Positions 18,308-27,674 of a stretch of 51,742 nt of DNA are shown here, one piece after another; position 1 is the first letter of the stretch, and each line of letters opens with the position of its first letter. The translations under genes were made by a program, and so were the position numbers. The stretch is taken from assembly GCA_018826075.1 (NCBI GenBank), contig JAHKAJ010000018.1, forward strand, positions 1 through 51,742, given 5' to 3'. This DNA is from Candidatus Omnitrophota bacterium. Lineage in GTDB: Bacteria > Omnitrophota > Gorgyraeia > Duberdicusellales > 4484-171. The notes under the pieces were generated by a model. It did not search any database. It saw only the letters and a list, made by a program, of their open reading frames with translations, and was not told the DNA's origin.

Positions 18308-18334
18308 TTCCAGTAAACCAGTTTTTAGAAATCT

Positions 18335-19822
18335 ATGATTATTTCACCGGACAGAAAAGATTTTTCCACAATCTTTAATATCCTCGGCCGGCTCAGCGTG
18401 GTCTTAAGTTTTTTCATGCTCATCCCGGTAGTAGTCGCTTTTTTAAAAAATGAATTTTCGCCTTTTTTTGACTTCCTGATCGGATTTTCGGCCAGCGCTA
18501 TCCTAGGATTTGTTTTATTGATAGTTTTTCCAATTAAAAAAGAAGTTGGCTGGATCCATGCCTTTTTCACAGTCAGCGCCTCTTGGATATTGTTTTCGCT
18601 TCTGGGGGCAATACCGCTTTGGCTTTCTTCACACTTTGTTTCTTTTCTTGATGCCTGGTTCGAAGCCATGAGCGGGTTTGCCACTACCGGATTGACTCTG
18701 ATCCAAGATTTAGACCATCTTTCTTTTGCCCATAATACCTGGCGCCACCTGACCATGTTTATCGGCGGCCAAGGTATTATTTTAGCCAGCCTTTCAGTTT
18801 TAGTCCGTTCCCGCTCAGTGGCTTTAGGTTTTTATGTCGGTGAAGCCCGGCAGGAAAAGATTCTTCCCAATGTAGTGGGAACTGCTCAGTTTATCTGGAA
18901 GGTGAGTTTTGTCTACCTGATTCTGGGGGTAGTTACTTACTTTACTATTCTTTTTCGCCAGGGTCAGGGAGTCGAGAAATCTCTCTACCATGCTTTTTGG
19001 CTTTTTTTCGCTTCCTTTGATACCGGAGGTTTTGCCCCTCAGGCTCAAAATATAGCCTATTATCATTCGCTTAATTTAGAACTGGCTACAATCATCTTCA
19101 TGATCCTGGGAGCGATTAACTTTAATTTGCACTTTTGGGTTTGGAATAAGAGCAAAAAGGAAATTTTTAAAAACTTTGAGATCAAGACATTTTTATTCAC
19201 TTTGTTTTCTCTGGTTTTGATCCTTTATTTTTCATTTAGAGGTTTGGGTTCTTCTCTAAGCGCTTTTCGGGGAGGGTTTTACCAGCTGGTCTCAGCCCAC
19301 TCCGGTTGCGGCTTCACCAACCTTTCTCAAACCCAGCTATTGAGCTTTCCCGGTTTAGGGTTATTGGCGGTAATTTTTGCCATGATGATCGGCGGCGGCG
19401 TATGTTCGACTACCGGTGGGATAAAACTGATGCGGTTAGGGATTATTTTTCGGACTTTTTCTATGGAAATTAAACGTTGGATGATGCCGGTCAAAGCGGT
19501 TTATCGGGACCGCTTTCATCACCTGCAGGATTTAACGCTTTCCGATAAAAGGATAAAAGAGGCTTATGTTTTCTTTGCTTTTTTTATGTTCACCTATATT
19601 TTAGGGGCATTGGTGGGTATGGCTTACGGGTATCCGGCCCGCCTGGCTTTGTTTGAATCGGTTTCGGCAACGGCCAATGTCGGGCTTTCCACCGGAATAA
19701 CTCAAAGCTCTATGCCGACGGTGCTGAAGCTGGTTTATATTTTCCAGATGTGGGCCGGTCGTTTAGAGTTTATTGCGATATTTGTTTCCTTGGGGCTTCT
19801 TTTGTCATTATTTAAAAAATGA
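18335..19822 (+). CDS. trkH: Trk K+ uptake membrane subunit
   Basis: FEAMSGFATTG, TGGF, STTGGIK, ANVG, WAGRLE. Confidence 0.93.
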   Translation: MIISPDRKDFSTIFNILGRLSVVLSFFMLIPVVVAFLKNEFSPFFDFLIGFSASAILGFVLLIVFPIKKEVGWIHAFFTVSASWILFSLLGAIPLWLSSHFVSFLDAWFEAMSGFATTGLTLIQDLDHLSFAHNTWRHLTMFIGGQGIILASLSVLVRSRSVALGFYVGEARQEKILPNVVGTAQFIWKVSFVYLILGVVTYFTILFRQGQGVEKSLYHAFWLFFASFDTGGFAPQAQNIAYYHSLNLELATIIFMILGAINFNLHFWVWNKSKKEIFKNFEIKTFLFTLFSLVLILYFSFRGLGSSLSAFRGGFYQLVSAHSGCGFTNLSQTQLLSFPGLGLLAVIFAMMIGGGVCSTTGGIKLMRLGIIFRTFSMEIKRWMMPVKAVYRDRFHHLQDLTLSDKRIKEAYVFFAFFMFTYILGALVGMAYGYPARLALFESVSATANVGLSTGITQSSMPTVLKLVYIFQMWAGRLEFIAIFVSLGLLLSLFKK

Positions 19823-20337
19823 AAACAAATAAATCAACGATAATTTTTTCTATTTCTTTGCTTTTTTGCCTCTCTGTTTTTTTGCCGTTTGTTTACAGCC
19901 AGTCAACTTCACTCAAAGACTTGATGGTTGACCCGGAGCTTTTTGATCAAAAAGAAGTCAGAGTCTCTGGAGAAGCTATCGGAGAGATCCTCCAGTCCGA
20001 CGGTGGTTTTTGGGTTAATCTTTTGTCTTCAGGCTACAATTTGGGGATATTTTCGCAAAACAAAAGCGACTTCGAAGATATCAGCCATTGGGGAAGCTAT
20101 GCTGAAACCGGCGACCAGATAGAAGTTCAAGGCCGCTTTTATAAGAACTGTTTTCAACATCAAACAACCGATATCCATATGGAAAGTTTAAACGTTGCTA
20201 AGCCGGGCCACAAGAATAGCCGGGTGGTTTCCTCCCGGAAGGTTAAAACCGCCAGGTTAGCTTTAATTATTTGTTTTTTAGTGGCTTTGATGTATTTTTT
20301 AAAGGAAAAAATATGGAACAAGAGCTCAAAAAATTAA
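19819..20337 (+). CDS. Exported membrane-anchored hypothetical protein (possible OB-fold)
   Basis: Signal peptide, beta-rich core (GEAIGE, GDQIEVQGRF), C-terminal TM. Confidence 0.6.
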   Translation: MKTNKSTIIFSISLLFCLSVFLPFVYSQSTSLKDLMVDPELFDQKEVRVSGEAIGEILQSDGGFWVNLLSSGYNLGIFSQNKSDFEDISHWGSYAETGDQIEVQGRFYKNCFQHQTTDIHMESLNVAKPGHKNSRVVSSRKVKTARLALIICFLVALMYFLKEKIWNKSSKN

Positions 20338-21362
20338 AGGAAGACTTTGAGCGGGATTTAGCTGAAGCCAAATCGGGAACCGAGCTGGAAACTCTGAAGG
20401 TAAAATACTTGGGGAGAAATTCCCGCTTGGCCGAGTTGTTTTCGCAGATCCCGGCTTTGTCCGGAGACCAAAGAAGTTTTTGGGGCCGGCGGCTTAACCA
20501 AGTAAAAAAAGATTTAGCGGCTGCCTGGGAAAAAGCAACTGGTTCAACGGATGGCCAACAGGAATCTTTGGATGTTACTTTTCCTTCCTCAGCAGTCAAC
20601 AGCGGCTCCCGCCATATCATCAGTTCGACCAGTCAGAAAATATGTTTGATTTTTCAAAAACTCGGGTTTGACATTGTCGAGGGAAACGAGATCGAGGATG
20701 AGCAGCACAATTTCGAAGCGTTAAATATCCCTTTAGAGCATCCTTCTCGGGATGCTTTCGATACCTTCTATCTAAATTTAGCCGAAAAAAACAACGGTAA
20801 ATATCTTTTAAGAAGCCACACTTCACCTTCCCAGATCCGGGTGATGCAGAAAAACAAACCGCCTTTAGCGGTGATTTCCCCGGGTAGAGTTTACCGGCCA
20901 GATGTAGTAGATGCGACGCATTCTTTTATGTTTCATCAGATCGAAGGTTTCGCTGTTGACACCGAGATAAATTTTTCCCAGCTCAAAGGCGTACTTTTAT
21001 GTTTTGCCCGCGAATTTTTCTCTCAAGATGTCAATTTACGTTTCCGGCCGCATTTTTTTCCTTTCACCGAACCTTCGGCTGAAGTAGATGTATCGTGTAT
21101 TATTTGTAAGGGCCAAGGGTCAAAAACCAAAACTCAAGGCAAGAGATGCAGTGTTTGTAAAGGTAAAGGCTGGCTTGAGATCTTAGGTTGCGGAATGATC
21201 CATCCCAAAGTTTTAGAAGCCTGCGCAATCGATTCTAAAAAATACCGCGGCTTTGCCTTTGGCATGGGAGTTGAACGGATTGCCATGCTTAAATATGGTA
21301 TAGATGATATCCGTCTTTTTTATGAAAACGATTTACGGTTTTTAGAACAATTTTCTTTATGA
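20313..21362 (+). CDS. pheS: Phenylalanyl-tRNA synthetase alpha subunit
   Basis: HPSRD, RSHTS, FPFTEPS, FAFGMGVER. Start set at MEQELKK. Confidence 0.96.
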   Translation: MEQELKKLKEDFERDLAEAKSGTELETLKVKYLGRNSRLAELFSQIPALSGDQRSFWGRRLNQVKKDLAAAWEKATGSTDGQQESLDVTFPSSAVNSGSRHIISSTSQKICLIFQKLGFDIVEGNEIEDEQHNFEALNIPLEHPSRDAFDTFYLNLAEKNNGKYLLRSHTSPSQIRVMQKNKPPLAVISPGRVYRPDVVDATHSFMFHQIEGFAVDTEINFSQLKGVLLCFAREFFSQDVNLRFRPHFFPFTEPSAEVDVSCIICKGQGSKTKTQGKRCSVCKGKGWLEILGCGMIHPKVLEACAIDSKKYRGFAFGMGVERIAMLKYGIDDIRLFYENDLRFLEQFSL

Positions 21363-23359
21363 AGTTTAGTTTAAATTTTATTCAGGAATTTTTAAAAGTC
21401 AACCTGCCGCCCGAACAGTTGGCTAAAAAGTTGACTATGGCTGGTATGGAGGTGGAGGGGTTTGAAAAATCCGGATCGGATTGGATTTTTAATATTGAAG
21501 TAACTACCAACCGGCATGATTGGCTTTCTATAGCCGGCATAGCCCAAGAAATAGCCGCAATTCTGGGCAAAAATTTAAGGATCAAGAGCCCCCAAGATAA
21601 AAAGCAGCCATTGCTTTTGGAGCGCAAAGTCATTATTGAAAGCAACCAAGATTGTTCTTACTATCTTGGACGATCGATTAAAGGGGTAAACATCGGCCCT
21701 GGCAGCCAAAAGATCCAAAGCTTAGTGGTTAATTGCGGCTTAGCTTCAATCAACAACGTGGTGGATATAACCAATTACTGCATGCTTAAGTGGGGAAACC
21801 CCTTGCATGCTTTTGATCAGGATAAGTTAGAGGGAAATATTTATGTCCGCCGGGCTAAAAAGAACGAATTTTTTATCGGTATCGACGGTAAAGAGAGAGT
21901 CTTAGATAAAGAAAACTTAGTTATTGCCGACAGCAAAAAAATAATCGCTCTGGCCGGAGTCATCGGGTCTAAAAATACCGAGGTAGATGATTCAACCAAA
22001 AATATTTTTTTAGAAGCAGCCATTTTTTCGCCGCTTACTGTTCGTCGTTCCCGCCGCCGAGCCGGAGTGGATACTGAATCTTCCTACCGCTTTGAACGCA
22101 GGGTAAGCCCGGAATATCTTGAGTTTGCTTCGCAAGAAGCCACCCGGTTGATAAAAGAAATTGCCGGCGGTGTCCTTAAGGGGGTAACCAAAGCCGGCCA
22201 GAAACCAAAAATCTCACCAAAGAAAATAAATATCAGCTTAAACGGCTTGGAAACTTATTTAGGGGTTAAGGTTCCCGAGGAAAAATTTAAAACTATTATT
22301 GCCTCTTTGGGGTTTAAGTTTCAGGCAAAAGCTAAAGGCCAATACCTTCTTTTTCCACCTTTGCAGCGTTTTGACCTAATCAGGGAAGTAGATGTTTATG
22401 AAGAGGTCAGCCGCATCTATGGTTATGAAAAAATACCGCCGCAGATCCCTTTTTTGCGCAAAGCCATGGATTCCCGAGTAGTTGACCGAGGCAAGGATAT
22501 TTACCGATTCAATAGTGAATTAGCTGATTATTTGGCCCGTTTAGGGTTTAAAGAGATTATTAGCTATAGCCTCCAAGGCCGCGAGGAATTAGGTTCAAAC
22601 AGCACCCTTTTAGGGATCGAAATCATTAATCCTTTGCGTAAACAGGAAAATAGTTTGCGGTTTAGCCTTTTAACCGGGATGATCAAAAGTCTCGGCCATA
22701 ATTTAAACCGCAGCCAATCTGGTTTACAGTTTTTTGAAGTCGCCCATATCTATTTAAATGATCGAAAAGGATTCTCTGAGTTGCCGGCTTTAGCTTTGGG
22801 CCGCAGCGGTAAAGAAGATGAGTTTTTCCTGCTTAAGGGGGCTGTGGAGAAAGTCCTACAATACGCCAGCGTTCAGATTTTTGAGTTCAGAGAAGAAAAG
22901 TTACCTTTTTTTAGTGATGGTTTGACTATTTTATCTAAAGGCAAGGTTTTAGGATTCCTAGGCAAGCTGGACCAGGAAACAGTTAAGCGGTTTAGCTTAA
23001 AGGAAGATCTTTTTTTCGCTCAACTTAACCTGGAGGAACTGGCAAAGATTTCTGGAGAAAAGAGATATAAACCGATCAGTCCCTATCCGGCTGTTTGGCG
23101 CGACATAAGTATAGCTTTAAAAAAACAAGTAAGCTTTAAGGAAGTCGAAGAAGTCATAAAAGCCAGGTGTAAGCACTTGGTTGATTTGCGGATAGTCGGC
23201 TTCTATCAAGGGAAAAACATTCCTGCGCAAACCACTGCTTTTACCTTAAGGATTTTCTATCAGTCAACCGATAAAACCTTGACCGCGCAAGAAGTCGATA
23301 TTTTTCACAATGACGCCCGTCAGGCTCTAAGCCAGATAAAGGGTCTAGAGCTGCGCTAA
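21359..23359 (+). CDS. pheT: Phenylalanyl-tRNA synthetase beta subunit (short form)
   Basis: TNRHDWLS, INNVVDITNY, SSYRFER, C-terminal FDX-ACB domain. Confidence 0.95.
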   Translation: MKFSLNFIQEFLKVNLPPEQLAKKLTMAGMEVEGFEKSGSDWIFNIEVTTNRHDWLSIAGIAQEIAAILGKNLRIKSPQDKKQPLLLERKVIIESNQDCSYYLGRSIKGVNIGPGSQKIQSLVVNCGLASINNVVDITNYCMLKWGNPLHAFDQDKLEGNIYVRRAKKNEFFIGIDGKERVLDKENLVIADSKKIIALAGVIGSKNTEVDDSTKNIFLEAAIFSPLTVRRSRRRAGVDTESSYRFERRVSPEYLEFASQEATRLIKEIAGGVLKGVTKAGQKPKISPKKINISLNGLETYLGVKVPEEKFKTIIASLGFKFQAKAKGQYLLFPPLQRFDLIREVDVYEEVSRIYGYEKIPPQIPFLRKAMDSRVVDRGKDIYRFNSELADYLARLGFKEIISYSLQGREELGSNSTLLGIEIINPLRKQENSLRFSLLTGMIKSLGHNLNRSQSGLQFFEVAHIYLNDRKGFSELPALALGRSGKEDEFFLLKGAVEKVLQYASVQIFEFREEKLPFFSDGLTILSKGKVLGFLGKLDQETVKRFSLKEDLFFAQLNLEELAKISGEKRYKPISPYPAVWRDISIALKKQVSFKEVEEVIKARCKHLVDLRIVGFYQGKNIPAQTTAFTLRIFYQSTDKTLTAQEVDIFHNDARQALSQIKGLELR

Positions 23360-23377
23360 ATCAGGCGTTGCCAGTTC

Positions 23378-23406
23378 TTGAAACTGACAGACAGGGGTGC
23401 TATAAT
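23378..23406 (+). promoter_or_regulatory. sigma70 promoter for the 6S RNA
   Basis: TTGAAA-17-TATAAT with TGn extension. Confidence 0.8.
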
Positions 23407-23412
23407 TTAAAC

Positions 23413-23572
23413 ATACCCTGCCTGTTGCGTTTTTGGGTAAAGATCGCTACAGCTAACAACTAATTCAAGGGAGCTAAATTCTCCTGCTGTCTTTTGGGCA
23501 ACAGGATGCAGCACCCACTTGTATGAGTATCGAACTAGTAGCGGTCACCCAGACGGACTTATGGCAGGGTAT
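23413..23572 (+). ncRNA. ssrS: 6S RNA
   Basis: Closing stem ATACCCTGCC/GGCAGGGTAT, inner GATCGCTAC/GTAGCGGTC stem, central bubble with AAGGGAGC and CACCCAC. About 160 nt, downstream of pheT, with its own promoter. Confidence 0.8.
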
Positions 23573-23581
23573 TTTTAATGA

Positions 23582-23696
23582 GGCCAATATTTTTTTTACG
23601 TTTTTGGAGCCTAAAAAAATATTAGGCCGAATTAATCCCGCCGAGCTCGAGATTAATTTCCTCCGGAAATTAATCTATATATAGGCGAGGCGGGAT
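23582..23696. repeat. Two adjacent palindromic elements
   Basis: GGCCAATATTTTTT...AAAAAATATTAGGCC, then ATCCCGCC...AGATTAATTTCC-TCC-GGAAATTAATCT...GGCGGGAT. Confidence 0.65.
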
Positions 23697-23707
23697 ATGG
23701 TATCACA

Positions 23708-24946
23708 ATGCAAGACCAAAATATTCCTTTAGCAGCCAGGATGCGGCCGAAAAACTTAAATGAGTTTGTTGGCCAAAGTCATGTTTTAGGGCAGAATCGT
23801 CTTTTACGCCGGGCGATAATTTCTAAAAAAATAACTTCTTTGATCCTTTCCGGGCCAGCCGGCTGCGGAAAAACTAGTTTAGGTTTTATAGTTGCCGGAG
23901 AATTAGGCGCTGATTTTCAATATCTAAACGCCGCTTTCAGTTCAGTCTCGGAAGTCAAAAAAGCGATTGCCTCGGCAAAGCAAAAATTAGCCGGGCAGGG
24001 TATAAAGACCGCTATTTTTATCGATGAAATACACCGTTTCAGTAAGCTCCAACAAGAAGCTTTGGTCCCTGACACTGAGTCAGGCAGCATAATCTTAATC
24101 GGCGCGACTATCTATAACCCTTTTTATTATCTGATCCCTTCGCTTATTTCTCGTTCGATAGTGGCCAGGTTTAAACCTTTAATCCGGGAAGATGTTTTGA
24201 TCTTATTAAAGCGGGCCCTGACTGATAAAGAGAGGGGGTTGGGTGGTTTAGATATCGAAGTCACCGACAAAGCTTTAGAACACATTGTAGAAATTGCTGG
24301 CGGTGACGCCAGGAGCGCCTTAGGAGCTGTGGAGGTGGCAGCCCAAAGTACCCAAAGCGACAACCGGGGCAAGATCATGATCAATTTAGAAGTAGCCAAA
24401 GAAAGCATCCAGAAAAAGATTCTCTATGACCGTAAAGATTCTTACCATTATGATACTATTTCAGCATTCATAAAATCAGTGCGCGGCAGCGATCCGGACA
24501 GCGCTCTTTACTGGCTGGCAAAAATGCTTAAGGCCGGAGAAGACCCCAGGTTTATTGCCCGTCGGTTGGTGATTTTAGCTTCTGAAGATATCGGCAATGC
24601 TAATCCTTTTGCTTTAGTTTTGGCTACTAGTTGTTTTCAGGCAGTTGAATTCATCGGCCTTCCCGAAGCTCAGTTAAACCTGGCCCAGGTCACTATATAT
24701 TTGGCAGCTTCCCCTAAATCCAACAGTGCCTATTTAGCGATTAAAAATGCCTCTGAGGATGTAGAAGAGGAAGAAACTCAGGAAGTCCCCGAACATATAA
24801 AAACCCACTCTAAAGATTACAAGTATCCGCATAAGTTTGGCGGCTATGTCCAACAGGCTTACGGAGCCAAAAAGAAATACTATTTTCCTAAAGCGATCGG
24901 AGAAGAAAACAGGCTAAAACAATTTCTGGAAAATCTGAATACCTAG
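23708..24946 (+). CDS. rarA: Replication-associated recombination protein A
   Basis: PLAARMRP, GPAGCGKT, DEIHRF, SAFIKSVRGSDPD. Confidence 0.96.
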   Translation: MQDQNIPLAARMRPKNLNEFVGQSHVLGQNRLLRRAIISKKITSLILSGPAGCGKTSLGFIVAGELGADFQYLNAAFSSVSEVKKAIASAKQKLAGQGIKTAIFIDEIHRFSKLQQEALVPDTESGSIILIGATIYNPFYYLIPSLISRSIVARFKPLIREDVLILLKRALTDKERGLGGLDIEVTDKALEHIVEIAGGDARSALGAVEVAAQSTQSDNRGKIMINLEVAKESIQKKILYDRKDSYHYDTISAFIKSVRGSDPDSALYWLAKMLKAGEDPRFIARRLVILASEDIGNANPFALVLATSCFQAVEFIGLPEAQLNLAQVTIYLAASPKSNSAYLAIKNASEDVEEEETQEVPEHIKTHSKDYKYPHKFGGYVQQAYGAKKKYYFPKAIGEENRLKQFLENLNT

Positions 24947-24955
24947 ATTTTTTTT

Positions 24956-25118
24956 GGGGACAGGTCCCACTCAAATCACCCCAGTAAAATAAAGGGTTAT
25001 TTAAGGTATTTTTCAAAAGTCAGAAATAACCGGATTGAAAAAAGAAGATTTTGCAGATTTGAAAAATAGCTCAAAAAATCATTGAAAACGTTAGCTTTGT
25101 AAAGCGGGACCTGTCCCC
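24956..25118. repeat. 163-bp MITE-like element with 13-bp perfect terminal IR
   Basis: GGGGACAGGTCCC (24956-24968) / GGGACCTGTCCCC (25106-25118) around an AT-rich interior. Confidence 0.6.
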
Positions 25119-25171
25119 TTATTTTGCTCCCTGTCTTGTGTTTTTCCGGGTATGTGGTAAGATTTATAAAT

Positions 25172-26143
25172 ATGATTAAAGAAATTTCAACTCCTAAGCT
25201 CAAAAATCCCATTTTTATTGCTGCTTGGCCGGGAATGGGCGAGGTGGCTTACCGGACCGTTCTTTTTTTAAAGGAGGTTTTGGGGGCTAAAGTTTTTGCT
25301 AAATTAGAGCCTTACCGTTTTTTTAAACCAGCGGCAGTGACTGTTCAGAAAGGGGTACTTTCGATGCCTTCGCAACCGGCCGGATTTTTCTATTATTACA
25401 AGGGTAAGGATGCTCCGGATATGATTATTTTTTTGGGAGAGATCCAGCCGCCCTTAGAATACGCTGAAACGCTTTCCGCAGCCATAGTTAACTATATAAA
25501 ACGCTACAAAGTAAACACGATAGTTACTTTCGCTGCAAAACCTGAACCAATTGACCACAAGAACGAATCACGGGTTTGGGTAGCGGCAACTCACAACGAA
25601 GCGATTAAAAGTTTCGATAAAGCAGGAGTAAAAGCTTTACCAGAGGGCCAGATCAGTGGCTTAAACGGGATTATTTTAGGTGTAGGCAAACGAAGAAATC
25701 TAAAAGGTATATGCTTTTTGGGGGAGATCCCTTTTTATACAGTTCAAATCGAAAACCCCAAAGCAACGGCTAAGATCTTGGAAGTATTGAACACTTATTT
25801 AAAGATGAGTTTAAACCTGGCCCCTTTGTTTGAGCGGGCAAAATTTATCGAGGAAGAGATCGATAAACTGATAAATTATATTAAAGGTGATGCCCCACAG
25901 AATATTCCTTCGCCTTTAAATGAGGAAGATATCGATAAGATAAAAAAAGACCTGGCGGCTTATACCAAACTGCCGCAATCGGCAAGGGAAAAGATCGAAA
26001 GCCTTTTTAAAGAATCTGAAAAGGATATAAGTTTGGCCAACCAGCTAAAAACTGAGCTGGATCACTGGAATGTCTACAAAGAGTATGAGGATAAATTTCT
26101 GGATTTGTTTCGTAAAAAGCACAGGAAGGAAGACACCCACTAA
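25172..26143 (+). CDS. PAC2 family protein
   Basis: PKLKNPIFIAAWPGMGEVA, GQISGLNG, ENPKA. Start set at MIKEIST. Confidence 0.8.
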   Translation: MIKEISTPKLKNPIFIAAWPGMGEVAYRTVLFLKEVLGAKVFAKLEPYRFFKPAAVTVQKGVLSMPSQPAGFFYYYKGKDAPDMIIFLGEIQPPLEYAETLSAAIVNYIKRYKVNTIVTFAAKPEPIDHKNESRVWVAATHNEAIKSFDKAGVKALPEGQISGLNGIILGVGKRRNLKGICFLGEIPFYTVQIENPKATAKILEVLNTYLKMSLNLAPLFERAKFIEEEIDKLINYIKGDAPQNIPSPLNEEDIDKIKKDLAAYTKLPQSAREKIESLFKESEKDISLANQLKTELDHWNVYKEYEDKFLDLFRKKHRKEDTH

Positions 26144-26152
26144 GAATCTGCC

Positions 26153-26818
26153 ATGACAAGCCGCAAAGGTTTACCGGTCGATAAGATAAGAGAACTGGAG
26201 GCTAAAGCTAAAGAAATAGGTTTAAGCGAGAGTCTGCTTATCGAAAATGCCTCCAGCAACCTTTTTGAAATCATTCAAAAATTAAATTTAGGCACTAAGG
26301 CCATGGTTGTTGCCGGAAGGGGCAATAACGGTGCCGATGTGTTAAGCTGCGCAAGAAAGTTATTAAGCCGTGGTTTTGAAGTCAAGGTGATAGTTTTAAG
26401 TGAAAAACCCCCAGGTCAAGAAGCTCTGCGCCAGAAAAATATTTTAGAAAAACTAGGTATACTGATTTATGACCTTAAAGTAGGGGCAATCCATGAATTG
26501 CCCCTACTGTTAGAGGAATCCGATTTTATCTTGGAGGGTATTTTTGGAATTGGCATCAAGGGTGAGGTTTCTTTTTTCCACAAAGAGGTTATCGCGGCCA
26601 TAAATGAGAGCGGTAAGAAGATAGTTTCTTGCGATATTCCTTCGGGTCTTTCACCGGATGAGGGACTAGTCTTAGGCCAGGCTGTAGAAGCCGACTACAC
26701 CATAACTTTTCTGGCTGCTAAAAAAGGATTTTATCTGAACCAGGGCCCTGAATATTGCGGTAAGATTTTCGTGGTTGACATAGGTGTATCCAGGCAAATG
26801 TTGGAGGAGCCAGTTTAA
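26153..26818 (+). CDS. nnrE: NAD(P)H-hydrate epimerase (YjeF N-terminal domain)
   Basis: LIENA, GRGNNGAD, DIPSG, VDIG. Confidence 0.9.
   Translation: MTSRKGLPVDKIRELEAKAKEIGLSESLLIENASSNLFEIIQKLNLGTKAMVVAGRGNNGADVLSCARKLLSRGFEVKVIVLSEKPPGQEALRQKNILEKLGILIYDLKVGAIHELPLLLEESDFILEGIFGIGIKGEVSFFHKEVIAAINESGKKIVSCDIPSGLSPDEGLVLGQAVEADYTITFLAAKKGFYLNQGPEYCGKIFVVDIGVSRQMLEEPV
26480..26507. repeat. GTAG-type REP palindrome inside nnrE
   Basis: GTAGGGGCAATCCATGAATTGCCCCTAC. Confidence 0.85.
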
Positions 26819-26828
26819 AAAATAAAAG

Positions 26829-27545
26829 ATGTATCAAGAACGTTTTTATCGTGAGCAAATCAGCTCAAAATTTAAACTGGAAGTAGCCTATAAAGAAAGC
26901 GACCTTTTAATTTTAAGTGACGCCCAGCTGGATGAAGGAACCACCCGCGATATTTTGGTGAAACACTATGAGACAGTAGAGGGGTATTTAAAAAAAACCC
27001 CTTTGTTTTTTAAATCGCTTTCTCCATTAGCTGATGACGATTCAGCACCGCCTATTGTCCGCGAGATGATCGCCGCAGCCAGGCTTTCAGGCATAGGCCC
27101 TTTTTCAGCGGTAGCCGGAGCAATCGCTACTTATGTCGGAAGAGACCTGCTTAAATTTTCCCGGGAAATTATCGTAGAAAACGGCGGCGATATTTTTTTA
27201 AGGATTAATTCGGATAAGTCCTTGGGTGTTTATTTAGGGGATGATTATCAACCCTCGGTTATTAAACTTAAACTAAGTAAACGAGACCAGCCTTTTGGAA
27301 TAGCCTCTTCTTCAGCGACTATCGGCCCGAGTTTAAATTTCGGCAACGCCGATTTGGTCAGCGTAATTTCTAAAGATGCGATTGCCGTCGATAGTTTTGC
27401 TACCGCTTTTTCTAACCAGATAAAAACTTTAGCCGATAGCCGTCTGGTAATCGAGTCGGCTAAAGCTAACCCTGCGATTGAAGGAATTCTGGTTGCTTTT
27501 TCGGGAAAGATTTTTCTTTGGGGAGATTTAGAGCTGGCCGAATAA
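26829..27545 (+). CDS. UPF0280 / ApbE-like protein
   Basis: MYQERFYR, GPFSAVAGAIA, ENGGDI, GPSLNFGNAD. Confidence 0.85.
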   Translation: MYQERFYREQISSKFKLEVAYKESDLLILSDAQLDEGTTRDILVKHYETVEGYLKKTPLFFKSLSPLADDDSAPPIVREMIAAARLSGIGPFSAVAGAIATYVGRDLLKFSREIIVENGGDIFLRINSDKSLGVYLGDDYQPSVIKLKLSKRDQPFGIASSSATIGPSLNFGNADLVSVISKDAIAVDSFATAFSNQIKTLADSRLVIESAKANPAIEGILVAFSGKIFLWGDLELAE

Positions 27546-27564
27546 AATCCAACTTAATAATTTA

Positions 27565-27648
27565 TGCGGAAGGGGGGATTTGAACCCCCACAGTATTGCT
27601 ACCGTTAGCCCCTCAAGCTAATGCGTCTGCCAGTTCCGCCACTTCCGC
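27565..27648 (-). tRNA. tRNA-Leu (anticodon GAG)
   Basis: GCGGAAG/CTTCCGC acceptor stem, TTAGC-TTGAGGG-GCTAA anticodon arm, long variable arm; CCA not encoded. Confidence 0.96.
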
Positions 27649-27674
27649 AAGAACTTTTTCCGCCACCCTCGTGC

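Noticed and set aside
27565-27648. tRNA-Leu as a prophage or island attachment site
   Set aside because: No duplicated tRNA 3' end or integrase seen.
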